DNA of 64,000 nucleotides from Candidatus Eiseniibacteriota bacterium. GTDB lineage: Bacteria > Eisenbacteria > RBG-16-71-46 > SZUA-252. Below the pieces are notes generated by a model, which ran no database searches, was not told the origin of the DNA, and worked only from the letters and a program-made list of their open reading frames with translations. This document shows positions 50,550-61,089 of this stretch, in pieces (the stretch's first letter is position 1; every line of letters begins with the position of its first letter). Both the position numbers and the translations under genes were made by a program. The stretch is taken from assembly GCA_963703225.1 (NCBI GenBank), contig OY969801.1, forward strand, positions 2,784,001-2,848,000, written 5' to 3'.

Positions 50550-51975
50550 TCACCGCACGAGGACAACCCGACCGGAAGCATTCGATCCCGGCGCCTCAAG
50601 CCGGTAGAGATACAGGCCGGACGCTACCTTGTGCCCGCTGGCATCCTTGCCCTCCCAGATGCGCATCTGCGATCCCGCCGGCATGGATTCGTCGAACAAC
50701 TCTTTGACGAGGCGACCCCGGAGATCGTAGAGCCGGAGTCGAGCGTGCCCAGCTTGTGGCAGCAGAATCGAAAACGTCACCTCGGCGCTGGCCGGATTCG
50801 GGTAGGTGTGGCACTGAACAGCCGACGACGACGGGTTGAAGGCCACTCCCACAGGATCGATTCCGCCGATTTGGATCGTCACCGAACCCGCCATGCCGTT
50901 CAGCCAGAGCCGGACATGCGGGACGTAATCCCAACTCACGAAGTTCACGCTCTTGAACGGCCGTCCCGCTTACAGGGATCCGAAAAAGCCGCCACCCGTT
51001 ATCGGCGCGGATCGTGCCCACCACGTCGGGATTGTTGGCGTAGTCGCGGGGCACATCGATCGCCACGTAGTTGGTGTCCGCCAAGTCAATCGTCGCTTCG
51101 AAGTAGTCGTTCTGCGTGTCGAGGTAGCCGTCACGATCTAAGTCCTCCGTGTCGACTCGCGCGTTGGGGTCGCCGGTCCCGTTCCTCTCCGTGCCGTTGA
51201 TTCGACTGTAATCGCCCGCATTGTTGCGATCGTAGGCGTAGTCGTCGTGGTTTGGATCGGAGCCGGGGCCGGTGTAGCCGGGTTCTTCGGAGTCGTGGAG
51301 GCCGTCGAGCCCCGTGTCCTCGTCGGTGAGATTATCGACACTATTGATGTCCAGCCTTCCGTCGCCGTTCTTGTCCTCTGTGTCGAGCCGCCCATTCGGC
51401 GGGCTGCTGGGATTCCAGAAAGCATCCTCGCTGACTTGCCCGAGATCGATGTGGAGCTTGGCCTGGGTCAGCGCGTGATTCGGGGTGAAGTCGTTGACCC
51501 AGATCTCAAGATAGCGGAGCGATGAAAAATCATAGCCAACCGTCGACAGTGACTGAGTGAGGCCGGCCCAGTTTGACGCAGTCAACCCCGATTGTCCCGT
51601 CGGTGGCTGAAGGTTCATCTCAAGGACGTTATGGAGATCGCCGCCCCCATCCTCCGCAGTCAGGACCGGATTCAGATCTCTCTCGATCGCAAATCGGGTC
51701 GAAGGATCTCTCGGCGGGTCATACCAGGAGGCCTGCGCGTGCTCCGCCAGGGTCGCGGGAACGGGAGTCGCAGGCGCGAGGGTATCTCCCATGTCGTAGA
51801 GCGGTGCACTACTCCAGAACCAGCTAGCGCGGCTGAGCGGGATGGTCCTCAAACTACTCACGCGCAAAGCCTTCGGCGCCAGCACCGCACCCGCGGCCGT
51901 CGGGGCCGATAGCGCGAATTCAACTATCGCAATACAGATCAAGCAGAGTCGGGAAAGCTCTCCCGCTAGAACCAC
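50550..51975 (-). pseudogene. SprA-like extracellular-domain protein fused to an FlgD-Ig tail, frameshifted near 50960
   Basis: DFSSLRYLEIWV, IDLGQVSED, DTEDLDRDGYLD..NDYFE, WRLFRIP, then in another frame HVRLWL...YPNP...VASGLY. Confidence 0.6.
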
Positions 51976-52178
51976 GTTCAGCGGTCACCTCGGGTCGGGA
52001 TGTCGCACGCCACCCTGGCTAGACGAACGTGTCGGCCTCGACTTCCCGGGAACACGGCAACCAACGCTACCACGGGGGCTCCAGAGCGCCGCCCACGCCA
52101 TCTCGAAGGGTCGAACCCCACTCGAGGGCGCGAAGGTCCCACTTTGCAAGGTCGTCGCTCTCGGAATCGGGATATCCT
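51539..52178. repeat. 640-bp direct repeat, copy 1
   Basis: Apparently identical to 55516-56155 (offset 3977). Confidence 0.9.
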
Positions 52179-52247
52179 AGATGTTGTGGACCCAGAGATC
52201 AGGTACGAGAGGCGCCTGAACACGCCTCTCGAGGCAAAACGTCACTG

Positions 52248-52495
52248 CAGAGAGCCAGAGAGGAAGAGAGCCCACGGCGGCGAATTCAGCCCGCTCTCCG
52301 TGAATCCACGGGCAGCCATGCTTCTCCCACTGCGAGCTTCGCTACGGTGTGCCGCAAGAGAGCGCCACAAGATCGCAACAACTCGCCACATGTGCGAGAG
52401 CCCCGGCGGCTCTCGCCACCGGGGCCCTTATCCCCTCCGCGAACCCGCGAGTTCGCACTTTCATTTGGCTCCCCAAACGTAACCCTTCGCGAACT
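52248..52495 (-). repeat. ~250-bp dispersed structured element, copy 2
   Basis: See 41632-41883; a 28-bp partial copy also lies at 21275-21302. Confidence 0.7.
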
Positions 52496-52500
52496 CCAAG

Positions 52501-54090
52501 CTACCTCACATAGACAGGCGCCGTCGGCGCGGCATCCTCGTCGGGCCGAAGACGCTCAAAGAGCACCATCGTATTCCGCGCTGCGATCGTGTTCTGCCGA
52601 AGGGCGATGCGGACCACAGGCGTGTACTTGTATAGTGAATCCGAGCTGTAGAAGTTGGGAAATCCTGTCTTGGGATCGAATACGACATATTTGGCAAACC
52701 AATCGGGAAATACGGCCATGAGCTTCGGCCTGTAGATCCTCAAGTTCTCCGGCAAGTCTCGCTTGGGCGACACCAGGCCGACCAAATCGACAACGTAGCA
52801 GCCGCTGAAGTAGCCCATCGCCCCCACGTCATTGACCGCCACCGTGTCCCCCGGGCTCACCCCCATCCGCATCCTCTCTGCCATGAACACCTGCAGTTCA
52901 TTGATGTTCTGAACGTTCCACCCATGTTGTATGGCCTTCTTGCGAATCGTGTAGAGCTGCCACGTGAGGCAAGCGATTCCGAGCGCGATCATCCAGGCGC
53001 TGTAGACCCGCAGGGAACCGCGACGCGCGATGTAGTCGAATCCCATAACCGCGAGTACCAAGCCGAACGGGATGACGTACATGATGTACCGTCCGTGTGC
53101 CCCCGACGAGACGCCGACCAATGCGTGCACAACCGGCGTGGCCAAGGCGTACAGGCCAACGGCCGGAATACGCCTCGCCGCCCTGATGGCTCCCACCGCT
53201 AGTGCCGGGAGAAGAAGGACGCAGTGCTCGCCGATCTGATTCGGCCCAAACGGCAGCCCCCAGAGGCCCGCCCAGTGTCTGATCATGTAGAACATGTGTG
53301 GGAACGGATTGGCTTGGGGGGTCGTCTTGATCCCTACGGAATTGGGGAAAAGATGGCCACCCACAACCTCGTTGAAGAGAAAGAAGCTGCCGATAATGGA
53401 AATCGCCACCAAGCCGGGGCCCACGAATTTCTTTGGCGTGAGCGCGGGCCTGGCGAACAATCCGAGCATGGCCAGATACAAACCGTCTGGACGCAGCCAC
53501 ACACCTAGAGACCACCACGCAACGGCAAGCACCCACCGCTCTTTCGCGTACGCGCGAAGCCCAAGACAGGCCACAAGCAGGTAGACAGGGATCTCCATGC
53601 CTGAGACCGATGCCCACAGGAATGAGGGAGAGATCGCAAGGAGCAGACCCGCCAGTAGTGGTTTCACCGATGACCCGGGGGAGAGATCAGCCACCGTACG
53701 GTAGATCAGGACGCTCGAAGCGCACAGGCAGGCAATACCGAGGGCCTTTGCAGGCCAAATCACATCACGGAAAATCAGATAGAGGGGGGTGAGGATGAAT
53801 ACGTATAGGGGCCCCGTGGCGCCCCCAATCGGCTCGCCAGGGTTGAAAGAGTATCCATGTCCTGTGGCTAGATTGCGGGCAAATGTGGCGTAGATCCAGG
53901 AGTCATCGAGGGAAAAGCCCCACTTCCCGGCGATCTGATGCTCTGCCAGGAGAAAGTACGCGGACCCTAGGAGGGCCGCGAGGCCAACAAGCGCTTGAGG
54001 CAGGACTCGGGACGATGGGCTCCGAGTCTTCTGTCGTGCTTGGCTACGATCCTGAGCAGGGCGGGGCAAGCGGGGGGGGCTGGACATCAA
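52501..54090 (-). CDS. GT-C-type (ArnT/PMT-like) membrane glycosyltransferase-like protein
   Basis: LDDSWIYATFARN, GATGPLY, SGME, RPDG, NDVGAMGY, DLVGL; many TM segments. Confidence 0.7.
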   Translation of the reverse strand: MMSSPPRLPRPAQDRSQARQKTRSPSSRVLPQALVGLAALLGSAYFLLAEHQIAGKWGFSLDDSWIYATFARNLATGHGYSFNPGEPIGGATGPLYVFILTPLYLIFRDVIWPAKALGIACLCASSVLIYRTVADLSPGSSVKPLLAGLLLAISPSFLWASVSGMEIPVYLLVACLGLRAYAKERWVLAVAWWSLGVWLRPDGLYLAMLGLFARPALTPKKFVGPGLVAISIIGSFFLFNEVVGGHLFPNSVGIKTTPQANPFPHMFYMIRHWAGLWGLPFGPNQIGEHCVLLLPALAVGAIRAARRIPAVGLYALATPVVHALVGVSSGAHGRYIMYVIPFGLVLAVMGFDYIARRGSLRVYSAWMIALGIACLTWQLYTIRKKAIQHGWNVQNINELQVFMAERMRMGVSPGDTVAVNDVGAMGYFSGCYVVDLVGLVSPKRDLPENLRIYRPKLMAVFPDWFAKYVVFDPKTGFPNFYSSDSLYKYTPVVRIALRQNTIAARNTMVLFERLRPDEDAAPTAPVYVR

Positions 54091-54202
54091 GTACTACTAT
54101 CGCGCCTCGCATGGTCGATTCGCAAGTGGGAGCACAAGGAAACCGGGCAGTGCCTTTCGCAAAAGGGTGGCGCTTGCGCTTAGGCGCGGGCCTGTCACCA
54201 GG

Positions 54203-55515
54203 CTAGCGTAGAAGCACCATTCGACGTCGATCGACGAATGAACCGGCCCTAAGCTCGTAAAAATATACGCCGCTGGAGACGGCTGAGCCCTTGGCGTCTC
54301 GAGCGTTCCAGTGGCTGGTGTGGAAACCCGCCGGCATCTGCTTGTCAATAAGGGTCCGAATCAAACGACCCGTGACATTGAATACCCTTAGCGTGACCAA
54401 GGTTGGAGCCGGTAAGCCGAATGCAATGGAGGTCTCCGGGTTGAACGGATTGGGTCGATTCTGAGCAAGCGAGTACGTCGCGGGGGCCGCCGCCGAAGTG
54501 ATTTCTTTTCGGGCCCCGTAGTAGCGTCCATAGGCCAAGAGTACATACTGCGCTCCGGTCGGACTCTTGCTCGCATCGAACACCAACTCGACAAACTCTC
54601 CAGGTGCGAGCGTAGCTCTCAAGCCATCGCGCTCGTGAAGCTCGTTGGCAATCGACATTCCAGTAGAATGCGTGGCCGATAGGCACGGTAGCGACTGGTA
54701 CTCCATATTCCTTACCTCGACGAGTCCGACCCACCCGAGCGTGTGAGGCGTGTGCCAGACAACGCGCACCCTGCGCACGGGTTCATCCCCAAAGGCGCTG
54801 AGTGGAAGGAAGTCAGTACTCCAGAATTCGCGTGGGACTACGGCACCAAGCGTAACCCACCGGTCGCCATCGGCGTCGGGCGAAACACGAACGGTAACCC
54901 CGATAACCCCCCCTGTGATGTCTGCGGACTCATGCGGCTTCGTAATCAATTGGACTCCCACTCCCCCGCCCGAAGTGAGACCCACGTTGGTGCCTTGCTG
55001 GACTTCGAACTCCACGCTATCTCCGTGTGCCCCCTGATACGCGCTCATTGCCGCAACCGGCGACGCAAATGGCGGCTGCTTGCCGCTCCAAGTATTGACT
55101 CGAATAGTTGACTCGACGGGTCGCAGAAGCACCGGATTCCCAGACGGGTCGGTCGCGATCTTGAATCCCTCGGGGACTCTTGCGCTCACCAGGCTCAAGT
55201 CATCGATCTCATCTATGTTTTCCTCTAGCTCCGCAACTCTCAACCGCACATGCCCTGAAGCCCGCGGCCGCACGAGGCTTAGAGGATAGGCGTCTCCGAC
55301 AAATGTACCCTCCGTGGACGTTTCGCTTCGCCCCAGAAGCGAGTTCTCTACCTTGAATCCATCGTCCGTCTCGCTAAGGACGAATGGGCAGCCTCCGCCC
55401 CCACCTCCTCCACCCGAGCCGCTCCACGGAGTGAATGCGACGATGGCAAGGTCCGACAACCCTGGATCGGATCCATCCAGAATTACTCCGGCGATCTGGC
55501 TTGATGTGTAGCGGG
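54203..55515 (-). pseudogene. 5'-truncated secreted protein with FlgD-Ig tail
   Basis: Frame open up to the repeat junction at 55515, no signal peptide; GGGGGCPFV, QNRPNPFNP, SSGVYFY. Confidence 0.65.
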
Positions 55516-56155
55516 ACCGTCGACAGTGACTGAGTGAGGCCGGCCCAGTTTGACGCAGTCAACCCCGATTGTCCCGTCGGTGGCTGAAGGTTCATCTCAA
55601 GGACGTTATGGAGATCGCCGCCCCCATCCTCCGCAGTCAGGACCGGATTCAGATCTCTCTCGATCGCAAATCGGGTCGAAGGATCTCTCGGCGGGTCATA
55701 CCAGGAGGCCTGCGCGTGCTCCGCCAGGGTCGCGGGAACGGGAGTCGCAGGCGCGAGGGTATCTCCCATGTCGTAGAGCGGTGCACTACTCCAGAACCAG
55801 CTAGCGCGGCTGAGCGGGATGGTCCTCAAACTACTCACGCGCAAAGCCTTCGGCGCCAGCACCGCACCCGCGGCCGTCGGGGCCGATAGCGCGAATTCAA
55901 CTATCGCAATACAGATCAAGCAGAGTCGGGAAAGCTCTCCCGCTAGAACCACGTTCAGCGGTCACCTCGGGTCGGGATGTCGCACGCCACCCTGGCTAGA
56001 CGAACGTGTCGGCCTCGACTTCCCGGGAACACGGCAACCAACGCTACCACGGGGGCTCCAGAGCGCCGCCCACGCCATCTCGAAGGGTCGAACCCCACTC
56101 GAGGGCGCGAAGGTCCCACTTTGCAAGGTCGTCGCTCTCGGAATCGGGATATCCT
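55516..56155. repeat. 640-bp direct repeat, copy 2 (upstream region plus 5' part of the SprA-like gene)
   Basis: Identical ORF translations to copy 1. Confidence 0.9.
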
Positions 56156-56354
56156 CGATTGCGCCTGAATCTCGGCGAGCAATCGCTCCAGGCGCTCTTC
56201 GTGGTGGGATGGGGCACCCCCAAACGGGCTAGGACCGCGTGATGGCTCGCAGCTTCGCTTGGGTGACTGCCATGAGTGGCGACACCGGCCGCACGCGCTA
56301 ACCCACCCGTTTGGCACTGTCTGGAGCTCGATGTTGGTGCCGCAAAATTGGCAC

Positions 56355-56386
56355 TTGCATCCGGAACCGGTTCCATACCCTACGAT
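56355..56386 (+). promoter_or_regulatory. MerR-type promoter/operator
   Basis: TTGCAT-20 bp-TACGAT with palindrome GGAACCGGTTCC in the spacer, directly upstream of a MerR-family gene. Confidence 0.75.
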
Positions 56387-56411
56387 CTTCTGCGTCTGGA
56401 GGAACTAACCA

Positions 56412-56918
56412 ATGCAACGAAACGAATCGGCCGTCCGACCCGCTGATCTAGCGAACAAGGCCGGGGTCAGCACCGACACGCTGCGCTATTACGAGCGGCT
56501 CGGTCTGATCGGGGCTCCGGATCGCACACCGCATGGGCACCGCCGTTACCCCAGCACGGCCTTGCAACGGGTCCTGGTGATTCGGAGGGCGTTGTCCGTT
56601 GGCTTCACTCTCGAGGAGTTGGCACGTGTCTTCCGTGCACGTGACGCCGGCCGAGCGCCCTGCCGGGAAGTTCGCGCCATGACGGCAGCGCGGCACGATG
56701 AAATCGGGTCGCGGATCGCCATGCTTCAGCGGCTTCGCCGAGAGATCTCACGACTGCTGCGGGATTGGGATCGCCGCTTGGCGCGGACTCCTTCTCGGCA
56801 TCCCGCACATCTGCTGGAGAACCTGACCACGGAGTTCAACCCGAAAGCCGGCGACGGCGGATGCTTCGCTCCTCTGGGCAAGCGTTCGATTCAGCCACCA
56901 CCAAGGAGCAAGAGATGA
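56412..56918 (+). CDS. MerR-family (heavy-metal-type) transcriptional regulator
   Basis: GVSTDTLRYYERLGLI, GHRRY, GFTLEE, APC. Confidence 0.9.
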   Translation: MQRNESAVRPADLANKAGVSTDTLRYYERLGLIGAPDRTPHGHRRYPSTALQRVLVIRRALSVGFTLEELARVFRARDAGRAPCREVRAMTAARHDEIGSRIAMLQRLRREISRLLRDWDRRLARTPSRHPAHLLENLTTEFNPKAGDGGCFAPLGKRSIQPPPRSKR

Positions 56919-58018
56919 ATTCTGCACGCGCCACGATTGGCATTCGTTCACGCCTCGCCCGAGCGGTGAGCGTCGCGATCCTCGCGTCGATCCCTCTGGC
57001 AGCGCTCGCGGCGCCGGTGGCGTTGAAGGCGCCGGACGTCGAATCGGTCGGCGCGCTCATGGACATCATCCACGGCGGCCAGCGCCAAGCCCGCGTCGCG
57101 CTGACCAAGGCCATCGAGCGTCCTCATGCGTTCGCCTTGGGCGCTCTCGCAGGATTGGATGGAGAGTTTGCGATCGTGGACGGAGCGGTCTGGGTGACGC
57201 GTCCGTCGGAGGATGGGACGCTGAGCACGACGAACCGAGCGGCGGCCAGCGATTCCGCCACGCTGATGGTGCTCTCCTATGTGCCGCAATGGCATGAGTT
57301 TCCGGTTTTGCGAGACCTATCCGCTGCAGATCTTGCCACGCTCCTCGCCTCTCTCGGAGCGAAGTCAGGGTTGCCGAGCGGTGGCCCGTTTCCATTCACG
57401 ATCGACGGACCGATTCATCACGTGAGATGGCACGTAGTGGACGGCCGCCAGCTTCCTCCGGGGCCATCGACTCACGAAGCTCATCAGGCGGCATCGGTGC
57501 GTGGTCAAGACCAGGATGTGCGTGGGACCTTGGTTGGCTTCTATTCCGAGCACCATCAGGGGGTTTTCACGCACCGCGGCTCGAATCTTCATATTCATGC
57601 GGTCCTGACCTCGAAGAACATCGCGGTGCACGTAGACTCCGTGGTAATCGGCCGTGGAGCGATCCTACGGCTTCCGGTCGTCGAGAAGGGCAGGGCCAGC
57701 AACCTGCAGACCCCCATGCCGGCCAAGGTCGAGCAAGCGACCGGTGGCGGAGCACAGGCACGCTACCAAATCACAGCGGACGAGTCCGGCTTTCACCCCG
57801 ATCGCGTTGCGGTGCCTGCGAACACGCGGGTTACACTTGTGGTCACGCGCACCACGGACAAGACCTGTGCCACCGAAGTCGTCATCCCGTCCCTGCATGT
57901 GAACAAGAAACTGCCGCTCAATATGGCCGTCGAGGTGACCATCCCGCCGTCCAAGAAGGGCGAGATTGGGTTCGCATGCGGAATGGACATGTGGAAGGGA
58001 GTCATCGCCGTGGAATAG
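56915..58018 (+). CDS. Secreted acetolactate-decarboxylase-like domain fused to a cupredoxin-like domain
   Basis: LGALAGLDGE, GTLVGFY..HQGVFTH..HIH..HVD; C-terminal GFHPD...TCATEVVIP...FACGMDM. Confidence 0.7.
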   Translation: MNSARATIGIRSRLARAVSVAILASIPLAALAAPVALKAPDVESVGALMDIIHGGQRQARVALTKAIERPHAFALGALAGLDGEFAIVDGAVWVTRPSEDGTLSTTNRAAASDSATLMVLSYVPQWHEFPVLRDLSAADLATLLASLGAKSGLPSGGPFPFTIDGPIHHVRWHVVDGRQLPPGPSTHEAHQAASVRGQDQDVRGTLVGFYSEHHQGVFTHRGSNLHIHAVLTSKNIAVHVDSVVIGRGAILRLPVVEKGRASNLQTPMPAKVEQATGGGAQARYQITADESGFHPDRVAVPANTRVTLVVTRTTDKTCATEVVIPSLHVNKKLPLNMAVEVTIPPSKKGEIGFACGMDMWKGVIAVE

Positions 58019-58042
58019 GCGCCCCGCCACACGCGAGCGAAC

Positions 58043-58644
58043 ATGGAGCCATTGTTCCTCCGAGTCCCCGATCCCCCGAAGGCGCTCTCAGCCGAGGAGC
58101 AGGCACGCCTTCTCGAGGTGGTCGCGCAGCAAGGCAGCCGCCGGGATCTGGCACTCCTGACGCTCGCCATCGGCACGGGCCTTCGCCTCCGTGAGCCGTG
58201 GGCCTCAACGTGGGCGACGTGACGACGAGGTCGGACGAGGTGGCTTGGAAGGTTCTCCTGCCGAAGAAGATCACGAAGGGGCAACGCGGGGGCGTGGCGT
58301 TCCTGTCCCAGCGGGCCCGATCGGCGCTGAGGGACTACCTGGCTGCGAAGCGGATCATCGGCGAATCGATGGCTCGCGACGCCGCCCTCTTCAAGTCGAG
58401 CATGTCACGGCGCCTTGCGCTCCGCAGCGTCCAGCGCATCTTCGTACACTGGCAACGGCTGGCAGGCTTCGAGGCCATTTACAACTTCCACACCCTACGG
58501 CACACCGCGATCACGAACGTCTACCGAGCCACGAAGGACCTCTTCCTCACCCAGCGCTTCGCGCGGCACGCCAACCCGATCACGACGGTCGCGTATACTC
58601 ACCCGAGCGATGAGGAGCTCTACTCAAAGATCGGCCAAATCTAG
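58043..58644 (+). pseudogene. Minimal tyrosine recombinase, copy B; intact catalytic motifs but a 1-bp deletion at ~58196
   Basis: GAGCCGTG versus GAGCTCGTG in copy A; HTLRH...RH...[11 protein letters not shown]. Confidence 0.85.
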
Positions 58645-58859
58645 CTCTCGCGAGCACATCGTCTTTGTAGCCACTTCCATGGCTAGCATTCTCGGCTACT
58701 GTTTCCGCGAGTGGGCTACGCGAGCCCGCAGGTTCCCGCACTTTGCGCTCTCCGCCGCACTATTGGTCGCGTCGTTGACTAGTACGGCGGCCGCGTATAC
58801 GTGCGGCCCCGTGAAGGCTGCTTTGAACGCCTTCCGTGGTGAGGGATGGGATCTGCATC

Positions 58860-59135
58860 CAATAGCTGAACCAGCTCCGGAGGGACCGCGCACAGTGCGA
58901 CATCCGTCAAGGCGCCTTCCTTCAGGCGCGCGAGCTCCGCGAGAACATGCTCGACGGAATCACGAATGAGAGTCTCTCGGTTGCCCGTCCTCGCCAGCTT
59001 CTGAAAGGCTGCCGCTGCGATGCCGCGCTCGAGAGCTGAGTCGATGACGAGCGTGGAACGGAATCCTGTGTCCGAGGCGAAGCCGGGGAACTTCGGGAAG
59101 AGATTAGGCTGACGGCTTGCCTTTGCGGGATCGCG
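58860..59135 (-). pseudogene. Possible fragment of a short prokaryotic Argonaute
   Basis: PAKASRQPNLFPKFPGF...FRSTLVID...DVALCAVP recalls the N-terminal/MID region of short pAgos (from memory, unsearched). Confidence 0.45.
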
Positions 59136-59338
59136 CATATGAGGCGACGCATGAGACGTTCCCGAGACGCCAGCACTGCAATCCTACACAGAGTATAATC
59201 TACCGAATCGGGGCGGTCCCATGTGTCCCGACAAGGGCGCAGAAGCGTGAGGGCCGCGACGAGTTTAGGCATGTAGGGGACGGCACACTGATCTATTGAT
59301 GGTCTTAGAATGCCCGAAAATGGGAAGGACGTGCGGAT

Positions 59339-59839
59339 ATGCCGAGACTTACTCTGGAAGAGCGAGCTGACCTCGAACTCTTACGCGGGTTGCTCCGAGC
59401 GATCGGTGCTTTCCTTCGATGGCTAATCGGTGATTCCGGTTTTGTGCCAGACGACGTCCGACGCGATTTTCTCGAAGTACATCCAACCGTCGAACGTCGC
59501 CTCAGCTCGGTTGTTGAGGAACTGGGAAGAATCGACGACACAGAAAATCGGTATTGGATCCAACTCGACGAGGGCGGGCTGGTAGGTCCTCCCCTGAGGT
59601 TGAAGGCCACGATCTGGCGGAGAACCGCTGCAGCCGTCTCATCGCCGCCTTCTCCGGCTATGGGATTCTTTGGACGGGCCCTGCAACCGATCTTGAAGCT
59701 CCTTAACAGCATCCTCGGAAGCCTATCCGCAGTATTTCCCGCGATCGGGCTGGTCACGGAGTATAAAGACGGAGCCGAGGTTGTCATCGAGGAACAGCAA
59801 CGGGGTAACCCTCCGCCAGGGAGAATCTTCGACTTATGA
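59339..59839 (+). CDS. Hypothetical protein (array cargo)
   Basis: 166-aa helical ORF ending just before recombinase fragment C. Confidence 0.6.
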   Translation: MPRLTLEERADLELLRGLLRAIGAFLRWLIGDSGFVPDDVRRDFLEVHPTVERRLSSVVEELGRIDDTENRYWIQLDEGGLVGPPLRLKATIWRRTAAAVSSPPSPAMGFFGRALQPILKLLNSILGSLSAVFPAIGLVTEYKDGAEVVIEEQQRGNPPPGRIFDL

Positions 59840-59862
59840 TGATGTTGCTTAACGCCTCAACG

Positions 59863-60042
59863 GGCTTCGAGGCGATCTACAACTTCCACACGTTGCGGCA
59901 CACCGCGATCACGAACGTCTACCGGGCCACGAAGGATCTATTCCTCACTCAGCGCTTTGCCCGGCACGCCAACCCGATCACGACCGTCGCCTATACCCAT
60001 CCGAGTGACGAGGAGCTCTATTCGGCGATCGCGGGGATCTGA
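59863..60042 (+). repeat. Recombinase 3'-end fragment C
   Basis: [59 protein letters not shown]. Confidence 0.95.
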
Positions 60043-60075
60043 GTGCCCTACGCGCCGGCAAGCGAATCAGGCCGT

Positions 60076-60639
60076 CTATTCGAATCGGACCGTCCTGAAT
60101 ATCCGCAAGAGTTGATCAAGCCCCCTTCGATCTCGTGCCCAGCCGAATATGGTCAAATGAACTCCTGGCGTGATGTCTCGCCAAGCAGCGCCCGCACCGT
60201 ATCTGACATCCCCCAGGCTATCCCCATATGCACCCAGCGGCCAAATCGTGATCACGCGAGCCTCTCGACCACCAATTCTCTCTGCGCAGGACGTCACACC
60301 GTCGTCATTCCTTGTAAGGGGATCGGAATACCGGCCCCAATCGAAGCTCAGCGACACGCTGGAGTCGGCCGATTGAAACTCGCGCACCCAGGAGTCAATG
60401 CCCTGGACCTTCACCTCTCGAAAGTCGGGTGGGATGCTGAACGTGAATCGCCTCTGCTCGACTGGTAACCAGGACTTCACGTCCAGCTTCGGCATTGGAC
60501 ATGGCGCAATCGTGCGGCTTTCGTCTCTGCCATCAGGGGATCTGCCCTGCGCATCCACGGTAGCGGGCATCAGGAGGAGGAGGAGAGCCAAGGGAAGGTG
60601 TGGTCTGGTCTGCTTGGCCGAGGCCTCAAATCTGTTCAT
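60076..60639 (-). CDS. Secreted hypothetical protein (array cargo)
   Basis: Signal peptide LPLALLLLLMPATVDA; fills the interval between fragments C and D. Confidence 0.6.
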   Translation of the reverse strand: MNRFEASAKQTRPHLPLALLLLLMPATVDAQGRSPDGRDESRTIAPCPMPKLDVKSWLPVEQRRFTFSIPPDFREVKVQGIDSWVREFQSADSSVSLSFDWGRYSDPLTRNDDGVTSCAERIGGREARVITIWPLGAYGDSLGDVRYGAGAAWRDITPGVHLTIFGWARDRRGLDQLLRIFRTVRFE

Positions 60640-60845
60640 TGGCTCTCGGGAATGCCTCGGCTCCCAGCCCGAGCTCTCTTGTGACGGGGTCGAAGGCAAA
60701 GATCGAGGGAACGGACGTGAGGCACGCGACGGGAATTCTGCCCCGGGCGGTATGCAGTTCCATGCGAGCCCTTATTACCGTTTGGGAATCGGCGAGGTTG
60801 TCGGGGGGATTGCATCAAGGCTAGCACTTCCCCATGGATTCGTCG

Positions 60846-60941
60846 ACCCAACGCTTCGCACGGCACGCCAACCCGATCACGACGGTCGCCTACACCCATC
60901 CCAGTGACGAGGAGCTGTACACGGGGATCGCAGCGATCTAG
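60846..60941 (+). repeat. Recombinase 3'-end fragment D
   Basis: [31 protein letters not shown]. Confidence 0.95.
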
Positions 60942-61089
60942 GCAGGTCAATCCTTTGGTGCAGCCAATGCTCGGCAAGGTGTGCAAGCGATTCACTTGGC
61001 CCCTGGTTCCGCGGCGGGAGTATGATACCGAGGCAGCACGCGACACTCACCCCCATCGAACCCGCCGGCGCGACTCGAGAAAGGCCGTG

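Noticed and set aside
56200..56354. Second iteron array before the MerR operon (GGCAC-containing motifs)
   Set aside because: Motifs are short, irregularly spaced and only weakly like the 48845-49149 repeats.
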